Source: Candidatus Liptonbacteria bacterium
Lineage (GTDB): Bacteria; Patescibacteriota; Minisyncoccia; UBA6257; 2-01-FULL-56-20
Direction of reading: 5' to 3'
Assembly: GCA_016867315.1 (NCBI GenBank)
Contig: VGJV01000001.1
Coordinates: 130,649 to 194,648 of the forward strand
DNA: 64,000 nt
A program made the translations under genes and the position numbers. Position 1 is the first letter of the stretch; the number at the start of each line of letters is the position of its first letter. Positions 62,914 through 64,000 of this stretch are shown in pieces. The notes under the pieces were generated by a model, which was given only the letters and a program-made list of their open reading frames with translations, was not told the DNA's origin and did not search any database.

Positions 62914-63325
62914 ATTCAAAAAATTACATCCCGACGCGATAGTTCCCAAAGGAAATTATCAGGGAGACGCCGGCGTAGATTTGTTTACCGTGGAGGAGTT
63001 CGAGCTTGAACCGGGGGAGCGCAAGACGGTGCCGCTCGGATTTGCGCTGGAGATTCCCGAAGGGCACGTAGGACTCATTTGGGATAAAAGCGGTTTATCA
63101 CATAAGTACGGAGTCAAAACTTTTGGAGGGGTAATCGATGCGGGTTATCGAGGGGAGATGCACGTCGGGATTATGAATCTTTCCAATAAATTTTTCAGCT
63201 TTCAAAAAGGACACAAGATTGCCCAGCTTTTGATTCAGAAGGTGGAAAAACTGGAATTCGAAGAAGTCGATGAACTTTCGGAGTCGGATCGCGGGATGAA
63301 AGGGTTCGGGAGTAGCGGAAGATAA
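62903..63325 (+). CDS. dut: dUTP diphosphatase
   Basis: Five dUTPase motifs including [15 protein letters not shown] and [10 protein letters not shown]. Confidence 0.85.
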   Translation: MKLKFKKLHPDAIVPKGNYQGDAGVDLFTVEEFELEPGERKTVPLGFALEIPEGHVGLIWDKSGLSHKYGVKTFGGVIDAGYRGEMHVGIMNLSNKFFSFQKGHKIAQLLIQKVEKLEFEEVDELSESDRGMKGFGSSGR

Positions 63326-63339
63326 TTACCAACAAACCG

Positions 63340-64000
63340 ATGAATAACTCGCTCAAAGCACAAGATCCGGAATTAGCTTCTGTTATAGAAGAGGAAAAGA
63401 ATCGTCAACGAGATGGTTTGGAGCTCATTGCTTCCGAAAATTATGTGTCTGTTGCGGTTTTGGAAGCTATGGGGACCGTGCTTACGAATAAGTATTCCGA
63501 AGGATATCCAGGTAAGCGTTATTACGGCGGCAATGAGGTGATCGATAAGGCGGAGACGCTCGCGATCGAACGAGCGAAGCGGCTTTTCGGGGCGGAGCAT
63601 GTAAACGTACAGCCTCTCTCGGGGAGTCCGGCGAATCTTGCGGTGTATATGGCATTGCTTCAGCCAGGGGATAAGGTATTGGGATTCTCTCTAGACCAAG
63701 GGGGGCATCTTTCTCATGGGCACCCGCTTAACTTTTCAGGAAAGCTTTACACTATCATTCCCTACATGGTGAAAAAGGATACGGAGATTATCGATATGGA
63801 CGAAGTCGAAGCGATCGCACTTCGCGAGAAGCCCAAGATGATCCTTGCTGGATTTTCAGCATACAGCCGGAGTATGGATTGGAAACGCTTCAGAGAGATC
63901 GCGGATAAAATAGGAGCGTTTACTTTCGCAGACATTGCGCATGTGGCGGGACTTATTGCCGGGAAACAGTTAGAGAGCCCGGTTCCTTATTTCGATGTGG
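63340..64000 (+). CDS. glyA: serine hydroxymethyltransferase (5' partial, runs off the window end)
   Basis: [11 protein letters not shown]…[13 protein letters not shown]…[10 protein letters not shown] are SHMT motifs. Not in the track because no stop codon falls within the window. Confidence 0.85.
   Translation, partial: MNNSLKAQDPELASVIEEEKNRQRDGLELIASENYVSVAVLEAMGTVLTNKYSEGYPGKRYYGGNEVIDKAETLAIERAKRLFGAEHVNVQPLSGSPANLAVYMALLQPGDKVLGFSLDQGGHLSHGHPLNFSGKLYTIIPYMVKKDTEIIDMDEVEAIALREKPKMILAGFSAYSRSMDWKRFREIADKIGAFTFADIAHVAGLIAGKQLESPVPYFDV

Noticed and set aside
1-64000. Alternative genetic code (UGA recoding, as in some CPR lineages)
   Set aside because: All long conserved genes are uninterrupted under the standard code and several (tyrS, the small acidic ORF) terminate with TGA. 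The Gly tRNA has a normal UCC anticodon.

Overview
This 64 kb window is a compact, gene-dense chromosomal region read in the standard genetic code (long ORFs are uninterrupted, and tyrS and others end in TGA). The gene content fits a small-genome monoderm bacterium, possibly CPR/Patescibacteria-like (short-form YidC, FemAB, PrgI-type T4SS parts); that is inference only.

The window contains the chromosomal replication-origin neighbourhood: dnaA-dnaN on the minus strand, divergent from rpmH-rnpA-yidC-jag, with DnaA-box-like motifs and a GATC cluster. Well-supported housekeeping genes are ruvA, ruvB, ruvC, yebC, rpsT, pyrG, polA, tsaE, holA, a class A PBP, rsmA/ksgA, pcrA/uvrD, yifB/comM, a dksA/traR-family gene, nusA, an H+-pyrophosphatase, clpP, tyrS, ftsH, a dCMP deaminase, dut, a partial glyA, MurE-like and FemAB-like cell-wall enzymes, a pilB/gspE-type ATPase, and three tRNAs (Gly-UCC, an unusual Ile-UAU, His-GUG).

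The main accessory feature is a roughly 14 kb co-directional operon (27680..41662, minus strand) wedged between jag and ksgA. It encodes a Gram-positive-style type IV secretion-like apparatus: a VirB4 ATPase split into two ORFs, a PrgI/VirB3-like protein, a VirB6-like polytopic protein with a His-rich tail, a VirB2/TrbC-like pilin domain fused to a long extension, a 1010-aa Cys-rich secreted protein, a TolB-like beta-propeller and several unknown membrane or secreted proteins. A perfect DnaA box sits in its leader.

Other notable findings:
- A previously unrecognised 30-bp element made of four heptamers (AGCTTTR) occurs at least six times between 33.8 and 44.2 kb. Three copies are in-frame 10-codon insertions inside essential genes (two in ksgA, one in pcrA). 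Two inverted copies bracket a four-helix-bundle (23S-IVS-type) gene.
- Homing-endonuclease-like genes (LAGLIDADG, HTH-LAGLIDADG-like, HNH) are present; two of them overlap the 5' ends of tRNA genes.
- There is a candidate structured ncRNA between pilB and ruvB, a dyad element enclosing the start codon of a LysM-M23 peptidase, and a two-domain His-rich/P-loop protein of unknown function.
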